Source: Ignavibacteriota bacterium (GTDB taxonomy: Bacteria > Bacteroidota > Ignavibacteria > UBA10030 > UBA6906). Taken from it: a stretch of DNA of 64,000 nt. Both the position numbers and the translations under genes were made by a program. Below are positions 48,627-57,464 of this stretch, in pieces (within the stretch, counting starts at the first letter, position 1; the number at the start of each line of letters is the position of its first letter). The stretch covers positions 2,048,001-2,112,000 of the forward strand of contig CAWDEM010000008.1 in NCBI GenBank assembly GCA_963801355.1, written 5' to 3'. The notes beneath the pieces are model-generated. The model saw only the letters and a program-made list of their open reading frames with translations, made no database searches and had not been told where the DNA came from.

Positions 48627-49829
48627 CTACAAGATCCTGACCCTGAGTGTGTGTGGTACCTTCTGCAGATCGCCGAAAAGAGAATCCTTGTACTCCGCAT
48701 CCACATCGGCAATGGCATAGCCGATGAATTCATTGGTACGGAGATACTGTGAAATCACGTTGACATTGTTCTGTGCGAAGATTCCATTGATATGTGAAAG
48801 CACGCCGGGGACATTCTCATGCACGTGGAGAAGCCGGCGCACGGGGGATTTGTCGTGGAGGGGCAAATTGATGCGGGGAAAATTCACACTGGTGAACGTG
48901 CTGCCGGTTGTGTTGTACTCGAGGATCTTCTGCGTGACGAACGATGCAATATTCTCTTGCGCCTCCTCAGTGCTGCCGCCGATGTGCGGCGTCAAGAGCA
49001 CATTGGGCAACCCTTGCAGCGGCGAAACAAACGGCTCGCGTCCATCCTGCGGCTCCTCGGGAAATACATCCACGGCGGCCCCGGCCACCCTGCCATTCCG
49101 GAGGCTGTCTGCCAGGGCTTCGACGTTGACAATGTGTCCCCGGCTTAGATTCAAGAGGAGCACGCCAACCTTCATCATCGCGAACTCCTCTGCGTCGAGA
49201 AGATTCGTATTGGATGGATTGCCGTCGACGTGGATCGTGATGATGTCGGCAATCTCAAGCAACTCCCTCAGGGTGGCGAGTCGGGTCGCATTCCCGATGG
49301 CAAGTTTGTCTACGATGTCAAAAAAGTACACATCCATCCCCATGGCCTCTGCGAGGATGGAGACCTGGGATCCGATGTTGCCGAATCCGATGATGCCCAG
49401 TTTCTTCCCCCGCACTTCCCGGGCCCGTTCCGTCGTCTTGTCCCACACACCCCGATGCGCCTTGGCAATTTTGTCGTAGAGCCGGCGGATGAGCAGAATG
49501 ATCTCCGCGATGACAAGCTCGGCAACACTTCGCGTATTGCTGTACGGTGCATTGAACACAGCGACACCGTGATGCGATGCCGCAAGCAGATCCACCTGAT
49601 TTGTACCTATGCAATAAGCACCTACGACCGAAAGATCACGTGCATGATCGAAAATCCGGGACGTGAGCTGTGTGCGGGATCGGATTCCCAGCACCTCCAC
49701 ACCGTCGAGGGCCGCGATGAGATCATCTTCACTCACGCGGGATTTTCCCGAGCGCACATCATACCCTGCGCCGGCGAACGCGGAAACAGCGTTGGGATGG
49801 ATGTTCTCGAGCAGTAAGGCTTTCATCAA
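48627..49829 (-). CDS. serA: D-3-phosphoglycerate dehydrogenase (E. coli-type, with ACT domain)
   Basis: LLLENIH, GIRSRT, CIGTNQVDL, NAPYSNTRSVAE, GFGNIG, TPHIGGSTEEAQ, ACT motif HENVPGVL; ATGA overlap with hypD. Confidence 0.92.
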   Translation of the reverse strand: MMKALLLENIHPNAVSAFAGAGYDVRSGKSRVSEDDLIAALDGVEVLGIRSRTQLTSRIFDHARDLSVVGAYCIGTNQVDLLAASHHGVAVFNAPYSNTRSVAELVIAEIILLIRRLYDKIAKAHRGVWDKTTERAREVRGKKLGIIGFGNIGSQVSILAEAMGMDVYFFDIVDKLAIGNATRLATLRELLEIADIITIHVDGNPSNTNLLDAEEFAMMKVGVLLLNLSRGHIVNVEALADSLRNGRVAGAAVDVFPEEPQDGREPFVSPLQGLPNVLLTPHIGGSTEEAQENIASFVTQKILEYNTTGSTFTSVNFPRINLPLHDKSPVRRLLHVHENVPGVLSHINGIFAQNNVNVISQYLRTNEFIGYAIADVDAEYKDSLFGDLQKVPHTLRVRIL

Positions 49830-52183
49830 AATCCCTGGTGTTCGGTCCGTGCAATGATTTCATTCTGCAGTGTTGTGCTCAGGTCCGCAAAATAGTCGCT
49901 GTACCCTGCGACCCGGACAATGAGATCACGATGTTGCTCGGGGTGTTTCTGAGCATCCCGGAGTTTTTCCGCACTCACCACATTGAACTGGATGTGATGC
50001 CCCCCGAGGGTGAAGTAGGACCGCACCAGGCGGGCGAGTGTATCGATCCCCTTCTCCCCTTCAAGAAGCTGGGGGGTGAACTTCTGGTTCAATAGGGTCC
50101 CGCCTGTCCGCACATGATCCATCTTTGCTGCTGATTTCAGTACCGCCGTCGGCCCGCGGCGGTCGGCGCCCTGCACCGGAGAAATCCCTTCCGACAGCGG
50201 CGTACCGGCCTTCCTCCCGTCGGGCGTGGCCCCGGTGACCGAGCCGAAGTAGACATGGCAGGTTGTCGGCAGAAGATTGATCCGGTACATGCCCCCTTTG
50301 GTATTCGGTCTCCCGTTGACTTCAGCATAAAACGCCTCAAACACCTCCCGCATCACGCTGTCCGCCCGGTCATCGTCATTCCCGTACTTGGGCGCGCGAT
50401 TCATGACCAGCAGCCGGGTCTGCTCGAATCCGTCATAATCCGCGTCCAGCACCTTGACAAGGTCAGCCATCGTGAGCATATGCTCTTCGAAGACCAGTGA
50501 CTTGATTGCGGAGAGGCTATCGGTCATCGTACCGATGCCGACACCCTGAATGTAGTTGGTGTTGTACCGTGCTCCGCCGGCGTTGTAGTCCTTGCCCCGT
50601 GCGATGCAATCGTCGGTGAGCAGCGAGAGGAACGGTACAGGCATGTACTCGGCATAAATGCGCTCGATAACGTTGTTGCCCCGCACCTTGATATCCACGA
50701 AATGATGCAGCTGCTTTCTGTACGCCCGCATCACGTCATCAAACGTCCGCCATTCGTCTGCCGCCCCGGTGGGAATGCCCAGCATCGTGCCGGTTCCAGG
50801 GTCCATGCCATTATGCAATGTGATTTCGAGGACCTTCGGCATATTGAAATAGCCGGTGAGAATATAACTCTCTTTCCCGAATGCACCGGTTTCAACGCAC
50901 CCGCTGGTGCCGCCATCGCGGGCGTCTTCGACGGATTTCCCCTGCCGCAACATTTCTTCGATGACGGTTTCGGCATTGAAGATCGACGGCTGCCCCCTGC
51001 CCTTCCGGATCACCCTGCCGGCATGCTTCAGGAACGCATCGGGGTTCTTCCTGCTCAGCTGGATATTCGAACTTGGCTGCACGAGCTGCATTTCATCGAC
51101 CACGTCCAGCATGAGAAAGCTCACGTCATTCACTGCATCGCTGCCGTCCTGCTTCAGGCCGCCGCAGTTAATGTTGGCGAAATCGGTATATGTCGAGCTT
51201 TCCGCGGCGGTCACACCGACCTTCGGAGGTGCAGGCTGGTTGTTAAACTTCACCCAGAAGCATTGCAGGAGTTCTTGGGCACTCTCCCGTGACAGCGTCC
51301 CATCCGCGATCCCCCGCTCGTAAAAGGGAAGGAGGTGTTGATCCAGACGCCCGGGGTTGTACGCGTCCCACGGGTTGAGCTCTGTGATCACCCCGAGGTG
51401 AACAAACCAGTATGCCTGGAGCGCCTCCTGGAAGTCGGCCGGTGCATGTGCGGGAACCCTGCGGCACACACGTTCGATGGTGAGGAGTTCCGACCTGCGG
51501 ACCGGATCACGCTCCTCACGGGCCAGCGACGCGGTAAGATCCGCATGACGGTTGGCGAAGGCAATGATTGTGCCGGCGCAGATATCCATGGCACGCAGCT
51601 CTTCCCGCTTCGCGTAGGCCTCGGGATCGGAAAAGAAATCCAGTGCCGCCATCCGCTCCCCGATCTCCCGTTGGAACTCCAGCATCCCCTTCCGGTAGAT
51701 CTTGTCGTCCAGCACCGTGTGCCCCGGTGCCCGCTGTTCCATGAACTCCGTGAATACTCCGGCCGCATAGGCATCCTTCCACTCCTGCGTCATCTCCTCA
51801 AAGATCTTCTCACGAATTGTCTTCCCTTTCCAGAATGGAATCAGCGTGTCGCGGTATGCGGCGCGCATCTCCGGACTGACTCTGAACGAGACCTTCTCGC
51901 GTGTATCGAGGATATGCAGATCTTCGAGAGAATGGCAGCAGAGCTCAGGATAGGTGTACGTGGCTTTGGGAGCAGGTCCGCGTTCGCCGACAATGAGTTC
52001 GCCGTCGTTGATGCAGATCGTGCGATGCTCCATAATGTGCTTGAACGTCAGGGCACGGCGCACCGCGACGGACACGAAGCCTATCTGTTCGTAGGCCTCC
52101 TTGACGAGAAGCGCGCGCTCCGGTGTGAGATGCGGAACGGCATGCATGCTCTGTTCACGCAATTTTCTGACACGTTCTGTCAT
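49826..52183 (-). CDS. hypD: Glycyl radical enzyme trans-4-hydroxy-L-proline dehydratase
   Basis: Gly loop RVAGYSDYF, Cys loop SGCVE, and HypD-specific segments FTEFMEQRAPGHT, NPWDA, ESSTYTDF, LTGYFN, LLPTTCH. Confidence 0.9.
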   Translation of the reverse strand: MTERVRKLREQSMHAVPHLTPERALLVKEAYEQIGFVSVAVRRALTFKHIMEHRTICINDGELIVGERGPAPKATYTYPELCCHSLEDLHILDTREKVSFRVSPEMRAAYRDTLIPFWKGKTIREKIFEEMTQEWKDAYAAGVFTEFMEQRAPGHTVLDDKIYRKGMLEFQREIGERMAALDFFSDPEAYAKREELRAMDICAGTIIAFANRHADLTASLAREERDPVRRSELLTIERVCRRVPAHAPADFQEALQAYWFVHLGVITELNPWDAYNPGRLDQHLLPFYERGIADGTLSRESAQELLQCFWVKFNNQPAPPKVGVTAAESSTYTDFANINCGGLKQDGSDAVNDVSFLMLDVVDEMQLVQPSSNIQLSRKNPDAFLKHAGRVIRKGRGQPSIFNAETVIEEMLRQGKSVEDARDGGTSGCVETGAFGKESYILTGYFNMPKVLEITLHNGMDPGTGTMLGIPTGAADEWRTFDDVMRAYRKQLHHFVDIKVRGNNVIERIYAEYMPVPFLSLLTDDCIARGKDYNAGGARYNTNYIQGVGIGTMTDSLSAIKSLVFEEHMLTMADLVKVLDADYDGFEQTRLLVMNRAPKYGNDDDRADSVMREVFEAFYAEVNGRPNTKGGMYRINLLPTTCHVYFGSVTGATPDGRKAGTPLSEGISPVQGADRRGPTAVLKSAAKMDHVRTGGTLLNQKFTPQLLEGEKGIDTLARLVRSYFTLGGHHIQFNVVSAEKLRDAQKHPEQHRDLIVRVAGYSDYFADLSTTLQNEIIARTEHQGF

Positions 52184-52186
52184 TCC

Positions 52187-53110
52187 CTATCCTCCCAGAA
52201 TCACCGAGGGTACGTACTTTCTCAATTCCGCCGCCATCCGGTCAGCGGCGTCACTGGCCGGAGACCGCAATGCACCGAGGGTATACGATTTCCCCAGCCG
52301 GATATACTTTTCGCTGCCGGCGGAATGATACGGCAACAGGTGAATCTCGCGAATTGCCGGGAGCGATGCAAGCCATTCCCCGCTCGCCCTGATGTTGTGC
52401 GGGTCATCGTTAACTCCCGGAATCAGGGGAATGCGCACGATGATGTGCTTCCCCCACTGCACGAGCCGCCGCATATTCTCGAGCAGGAGAACATTGGATA
52501 CCCCGGTGTATTCCCTGTGCTTCGCGTCATCCATCATCTTCAGGTCATACAGAAAGAGATCCACCAGAGGCGCAATGCGTTCCAGAATCGCCGGCGATGT
52601 ACAGCCCGTCGTGTCCACAACGGTGTGTAGCTCCAGTCGCCGGCTGGCATGCAGCAGCGACGCGAGGAACTCATGCTGGAGGAGGGGTTCGCCTCCGGAA
52701 AATGTGACGCCGCCTCCTGACTCATCAAAAAAGACCCGGTCACGGACGACTTCCTCCAGAACACTCCCCGTGGTCATCTCCCTTCCCACGACCTCGCGCG
52801 CGCCGGCGTAGCAGTCAGGCACGCACTCCCCGCACCGCGCGCACAGCGTGCGGTCTGTGATCACCCGGCCGTCATCCCGGATGATAGCGCCGTGTGTGCA
52901 GGTATCCACACATTTGCCGCACTGTATGCATCGCTCTTCCCGGAGGATGATTTCCGGATCGCGGCGTATGGACTCCGGATTGTGGCACCATGGACACGCA
53001 AGAGGACAGCCCTTGAGGAAGACGGTCGTCCTGATCCCCGGTCCGTCGTGAACCGAGAATCTCATGATGTTGTACACCATGCCTGCGATATCAGGAGAGA
53101 AGGCTGACAT
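52187..53110 (-). CDS. Glycyl-radical enzyme activating protein (radical SAM)
   Basis: HDGPGIRTTVFLKGCPLACPWCHNPES, ferredoxin insert (CIQCGKCVDTC, CARCGECVPDC), SGGEP. Confidence 0.95.
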   Translation of the reverse strand: MSAFSPDIAGMVYNIMRFSVHDGPGIRTTVFLKGCPLACPWCHNPESIRRDPEIILREERCIQCGKCVDTCTHGAIIRDDGRVITDRTLCARCGECVPDCYAGAREVVGREMTTGSVLEEVVRDRVFFDESGGGVTFSGGEPLLQHEFLASLLHASRRLELHTVVDTTGCTSPAILERIAPLVDLFLYDLKMMDDAKHREYTGVSNVLLLENMRRLVQWGKHIIVRIPLIPGVNDDPHNIRASGEWLASLPAIREIHLLPYHSAGSEKYIRLGKSYTLGALRSPASDAADRMAAELRKYVPSVILGG

Positions 53111-53118
53111 TGTTCACG

Positions 53119-53265
53119 TCAGGATGTCCGCCTGCCTCGCCCGGGAATCGTCAGCAGATCTTTCAAGTCTTTCGTCCCCAGAATGGTAATGACCAGAGCC
53201 GCTCCAAAGAAGAGCAACGCGGCAGCCGCGAAGATCAGAAGCCAGACATACGCCCATGTGATCAT
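53119..53265 (-). CDS. Small single-TM membrane protein (48 aa), absent from the ORF track
   Basis: Hand translation MITWAYVWLLIFAAAALLFFGAALVITILGTKDLKDLLTIPGRGRRTS*; ATGA overlap with the SSS stop; ends 8 bp before the activase start. Confidence 0.75.
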   Translation of the reverse strand: MITWAYVWLLIFAAAALLFFGAALVITILGTKDLKDLLTIPGRGRRTS

Positions 53266-54731
53266 AATCGCACCGGAGGATGTGATTTCTGCGTAAGCAG
53301 TGATCCGATGACCATCCCTGCAAGCGCCAGTAAGAAACTGAAGAAGCCGGAAATGTTGACATCCACGAGAAACAGCATCTCCCGGGGCAGTGAGGACTTG
53401 ATGAGATCAAGAACCAGGAACCCTATCGGCGCCAGCGCACCACATCCCAGGGCGGCATATGCCCCTACGAGGTTCGCTTTCTTCCAGTACAACCCTGCCA
53501 CGACACAGCCGAACGCTCCCGCACCGTACATCGCCCCTGTGATCGCCGTGTATTGAAACGCCGTCGCCGGGATCTCGTACCAGAGCCCGAACACCAGGAT
53601 GAACACTCCGATGATCCCCGTGACAGTCCTGGTCAGGAGCATTGTCGCGCGTTCCGAGAGCTCCCTCTTCCGGATCGGCACAATGATGTCACGCGTCGCC
53701 ACCGAACTCCAGGCGAGCATATAGGCGCTGTAGGTGGACATCGAGGCAGCCAGCATACCGGCTATCATCAGCCCCAGCAGGCCACTGGGGACAACCGTGC
53801 CGAGCAACTTCGGCATCGCCGTCATGGAATTCACGGAAGGACCGAACATTGCCAGCGCGGCGATCCCCCAGAACATCGGCACCATATACCTCCCCGCCAG
53901 CGTGATGCCCGTATAGAGGAATACCTTTCTCCCCACTTCAGGACTTTCGGAAGAAAACGCCTTTGATGCGGCCGGTTGGTTCAGAGCCGACATTGCCACA
54001 CTCCCGATCAACATCCAGAAAATGAAAGCCCAGCCGAACCGGGGGTTGGCAGCCGGATTGACGCCTTGCTCGCCCATCTGATGTACCACTGCGGACGCCA
54101 TGTCCGACAGGTTCACGTTGGCGAGAACGAAGAGCGTCGCAATCAACATCCCTAACGACAACACAACAAACTGAATGAAATCCGTCACGACAACCGAGAA
54201 CATCCCACCCAGAATCGTATACGAGACGACCACGATCAGCATCACGGTCATCACCGTAAACAGCATCCCCTGTCCCAGCCCCATTGTCTGGGTCAGAAAG
54301 AGTCCGTCCATCTTCAGGAAGATGCCCATATTGAGCACCCCCCCCAGGAAGAGGAGTATGCCGCCGAGGAGGCGCACACCTTTACTGTACCGCAGTTGAT
54401 AGAATTCCGGGATGGTCACAATTCTCAACGCCCTGAGGCCCGACACAATAAAACCGGTTTTGCCGATTACCAGGTACCCGAAGAAGCCGATGATCCCGAG
54501 GATGAAGCAGGAAAAACCGGTGACATACCCCAGCTCGCCGAAATACATAAACGTGACGATCCCGATCTCTGTGGCGATCAGCGTCGCAGACCCGAGGGCC
54601 ACTTTCACACGACGGCCCGCGACGAAATAGCCCTCCATGTTTTCCACATATTTCCGCGCCCGCAGACCGACGAACATCGAGCCGGCCAGATAGGCAAACA
54701 GGATGCACCAGTCGAGAGTTTGAAAATTCAT
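53262..54731 (-). CDS. Sodium:solute symporter (SSS)
   Basis: YFVAGR, TIPEFYQLRY, YTILGGMFSVVVTDFIQF, AGMLAASMST; AAGGAG RBS. Confidence 0.93.
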   Translation of the reverse strand: MNFQTLDWCILFAYLAGSMFVGLRARKYVENMEGYFVAGRRVKVALGSATLIATEIGIVTFMYFGELGYVTGFSCFILGIIGFFGYLVIGKTGFIVSGLRALRIVTIPEFYQLRYSKGVRLLGGILLFLGGVLNMGIFLKMDGLFLTQTMGLGQGMLFTVMTVMLIVVVSYTILGGMFSVVVTDFIQFVVLSLGMLIATLFVLANVNLSDMASAVVHQMGEQGVNPAANPRFGWAFIFWMLIGSVAMSALNQPAASKAFSSESPEVGRKVFLYTGITLAGRYMVPMFWGIAALAMFGPSVNSMTAMPKLLGTVVPSGLLGLMIAGMLAASMSTYSAYMLAWSSVATRDIIVPIRKRELSERATMLLTRTVTGIIGVFILVFGLWYEIPATAFQYTAITGAMYGAGAFGCVVAGLYWKKANLVGAYAALGCGALAPIGFLVLDLIKSSLPREMLFLVDVNISGFFSFLLALAGMVIGSLLTQKSHPPVRL

Positions 54732-54747
54732 CCGGGTGATGCTCCTT

Positions 54748-56532
54748 TCAGTCAGGCACCGTCAGCGTCCGGTCGTACACCTCGATTTCCCGGATCGAAT
54801 AGGCCGAAATGGTTGAACGCCCCCCGGTTCCCTCGAGCCCGTACATCCTGAGGTAACGGACGGGGGCCGTTGTCACCGCGTGTTCATCGACTCCCCCTGC
54901 TCCGCGGGGGACCTCCCGTATCGTTTTCCAGGCGATCCCGTCGTCCGAAACCTCCAGCCTGTATGTGCGCGCGCAGGTTTCACCCCACCGGATGCGTATC
55001 GCAGCAATCGTCCTCGGCTCCTTCCAGGAAAGCATCAGCCATTGCTCTTCTTGGCCGTCCGATTTAGTCCATGCCGCGGAATTCCATCGCGTCGAAAGGT
55101 CTCCATCGTTCGCGGATGAGGGGCCAAAGGCCGGACCGATGACAGAGTACGTTGAGGCGGTGACACGTGCTTCGCGTGCGATGTTTGCCGGAGGAATTAC
55201 CGAGTCGCGCGCCACCATCTGAAGGGCGAGCACGGCATACGGCGGAACTTCAAGCCGCACGGTCGTGCCGTCTGCGCGCAGATCCGGCAGGGCCTGGTTC
55301 GGGTGCGTCGAGTCGAGCAGCACCGCTTGGACCGTCGCCGCGGGCTGAAACTGCGCGATCTGCACCGAGACCTTCTTTGCAACCGTGGCACTTGTATTAA
55401 TCAGCATGGCTGCGAGCCGACGTCCGCTCCGCGCCGCGTATACCTTGACGTGCGGATCGGTCGAGGTCGACGCAACCAGCGTGTCGCCAAACAGGCGCCG
55501 GAAAAGAGGAAACACATGATATGTGTAGCTAGGTGTATTCCTGCCTTCGGAGGACAGGTAGCCATAGTCCCCCTTCCGCGGGGGGAACGCATTATGGAGA
55601 GCCCAGTAGCAGGCAATATCGGTCTTCGCCGCTGCCATGGTCCCCAGCATGTCGGCGACCCAGACAGCGTTCACCATCTGCAAGGTCTGAGGCCCGGGGG
55701 AGTGATTCACGGAATTATACCCGACATTGACAAAAAGAATTTGTGCCGCTTTCTTCTTCCCCACCGCGCGTTCCACGTCGGCACGCAGGCGCAGGAATTG
55801 GTCACGGTATGTCGCAGTGCTGGCCAGAAGCGTGTCGTCGTTCTCCTTGCCCCATTGCTGCGGGTAGAACGTCACGGTCAACATATCGATATACTCACCC
55901 GCGGCGGCCAGCACCCGCTCTGTCCACCGTTCCGGATGAACCCCCAGGAACACATTGGTGGCCACCTTGATGGTTGGGTCAGCTTCTTTCATAGCCTTTA
56001 CGAACGTCACATACTTTGCGGCATAGGCTTCCGGGGTAGAGTGGCCTTTCGCCCACCATCCCCACTGTTCGTCGCCGACCTCCCAGTAGCGGACGCGCGG
56101 CCCACAGCCCGTGTTGCAGTGCCTCACCCACGCGGCAGCCAGCTCTGGCGACTGGTTGAAGTTGATGGTAATGAAGGGCTCGGCTCCGACCTCGCGGCAG
56201 AAGGCGAGATACTCATCCGTTTCCATTTCCGCGGTGTTGTTATCGGGGGAGTTCCAGACGTAGGAATCCGCATCGTTGCCGCCGGGATACTTCAGGTTGG
56301 TGACCCCGGACGCTTTTACCTTCGCGATCGCATCCCGGTCACAGGTTAGCAGCATCCGGTCAACGGAGGAAGGAAAGAGGGATTCATCCCATCGCGCTGT
56401 ATTGAGACCATAGAGGAGCGGATTGATGGGACCGAGAATGCTGCCTGCCTCGATGGTCAGCATTACTTTCTGTGCGGTTGCTGCCTGCGAGAGCGCGAGA
56501 GCCACCAGAAGGAGGCGTGCGAGTGTACTCAT
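54748..56532 (-). CDS. Exported clan GH-A-like (GH51/GH79/GH44-related) protein with F5/8 type C (CBM32) domain and altered catalytic motifs
   Basis: INPLLYGLN, LKYPGG, ITINF, YWEVGDE, AMKEADPTIK, C-terminal ANDGDLSTRW...VRYLRM...SIREIEVY; ATGA overlap. Confidence 0.8.
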   Translation of the reverse strand: MSTLARLLLVALALSQAATAQKVMLTIEAGSILGPINPLLYGLNTARWDESLFPSSVDRMLLTCDRDAIAKVKASGVTNLKYPGGNDADSYVWNSPDNNTAEMETDEYLAFCREVGAEPFITINFNQSPELAAAWVRHCNTGCGPRVRYWEVGDEQWGWWAKGHSTPEAYAAKYVTFVKAMKEADPTIKVATNVFLGVHPERWTERVLAAAGEYIDMLTVTFYPQQWGKENDDTLLASTATYRDQFLRLRADVERAVGKKKAAQILFVNVGYNSVNHSPGPQTLQMVNAVWVADMLGTMAAAKTDIACYWALHNAFPPRKGDYGYLSSEGRNTPSYTYHVFPLFRRLFGDTLVASTSTDPHVKVYAARSGRRLAAMLINTSATVAKKVSVQIAQFQPAATVQAVLLDSTHPNQALPDLRADGTTVRLEVPPYAVLALQMVARDSVIPPANIAREARVTASTYSVIGPAFGPSSANDGDLSTRWNSAAWTKSDGQEEQWLMLSWKEPRTIAAIRIRWGETCARTYRLEVSDDGIAWKTIREVPRGAGGVDEHAVTTAPVRYLRMYGLEGTGGRSTISAYSIREIEVYDRTLTVPD

Positions 56533-57464
56533 AGTGTCTTTCGCATGATGATGTGGCGGCGGAGGACCCTGAGGCCCATGCGGTGGTAGAAGTCTTTGAC
56601 ATGACCCGTCGTCCACGCCAGCCAGAGGTTGTGCTTTCCTTTTTTCCGCATTTGCTCGACCGTTGCATAGTACAGTAACGGGCCAAGGCCGCGCCCGCTG
56701 AAGCCGGGGTGGATCCCGAACGGGCCGAAGTGTTCATCCCGGAAGTGGCTGAACCCGACCACGTCGCCGTCTTTTATCGCCACAAGGATTTCATCACACT
56801 CGGGGTCTTCGGTCAGCCTGTCGAGTGCAACCCGAAAGAGATCGCCGGGATAGTATTGCCGGAGGAATTCCAGCAACAGCAGCGCATACTGCGGCGAGAA
56901 CAGTGATACGGAAAAGCCGGATGCCGCCAGCCGCCTCCGGATCCCGGACAGGTCGGGCGGCGTGGTGACGTCGAGCAGCGAGCACCCCATGCCGTAGACT
57001 CTGCGCCTGCCGGAGTACCCGTGTGCTTTCAGAAACGCATGCCCGGACGCAGAGCCGTCCACGTCGACGCCGGGAACAATGTAGTTCGGCGTATAGTCAC
57101 ACACCGTGACATCATGCACCCGGTGAGAAGCAAGGAAGGCCTCTCCCCGTTGCAGCATCGCGGTCCCGATACCCCGCCGCTGATATTCCGGATCCACAAA
57201 AAAAACAGTGATCCATCCCCTGCCGGTTTCGAGACCCAGATCATAGTACGGATAACGTCTGTAGAGGGCAAGGAGAAAACCGACGACGGTATCGTCGCTG
57301 AGGGCGACCTGGCAGCCGGAGGGATCAAGGTTGGGGTCAAGAATGATCTTGCGACGGAACGTTGCAATGGAGATTTCGTCACGCGGCAGGCATTTATTCC
57401 ACAGTGCAACGATCTGGCGTTCATCACACCCGTGGAGATGCCGGTATTCGATCGTGTCGATCAT
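56529..57464 (-). CDS. Tandem-domain GNAT N-acetyltransferase
   Basis: VDPEYQRRGIG and FGPFGIHPGFSGRGLG acetyl-CoA motifs; FYHRMG. Confidence 0.9.
   Translation of the reverse strand: MIDTIEYRHLHGCDERQIVALWNKCLPRDEISIATFRRKIILDPNLDPSGCQVALSDDTVVGFLLALYRRYPYYDLGLETGRGWITVFFVDPEYQRRGIGTAMLQRGEAFLASHRVHDVTVCDYTPNYIVPGVDVDGSASGHAFLKAHGYSGRRRVYGMGCSLLDVTTPPDLSGIRRRLAASGFSVSLFSPQYALLLLEFLRQYYPGDLFRVALDRLTEDPECDEILVAIKDGDVVGFSHFRDEHFGPFGIHPGFSGRGLGPLLYYATVEQMRKKGKHNLWLAWTTGHVKDFYHRMGLRVLRRHIIMRKTL

Noticed and set aside
49826-52183. GRE as pyruvate formate-lyase, choline TMA-lyase or diol dehydratase
   Set aside because: It has a single Cys in SGCVE (PFL has CC), all HypD-specific segments are present, and there are no microcompartment genes.
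53114-53410. 98-aa ORF-track ORF downstream of the SSS gene
   Set aside because: It overlaps the SSS out of frame and looks non-protein-like; the 48-aa ORF at 53119-53265 fits better.
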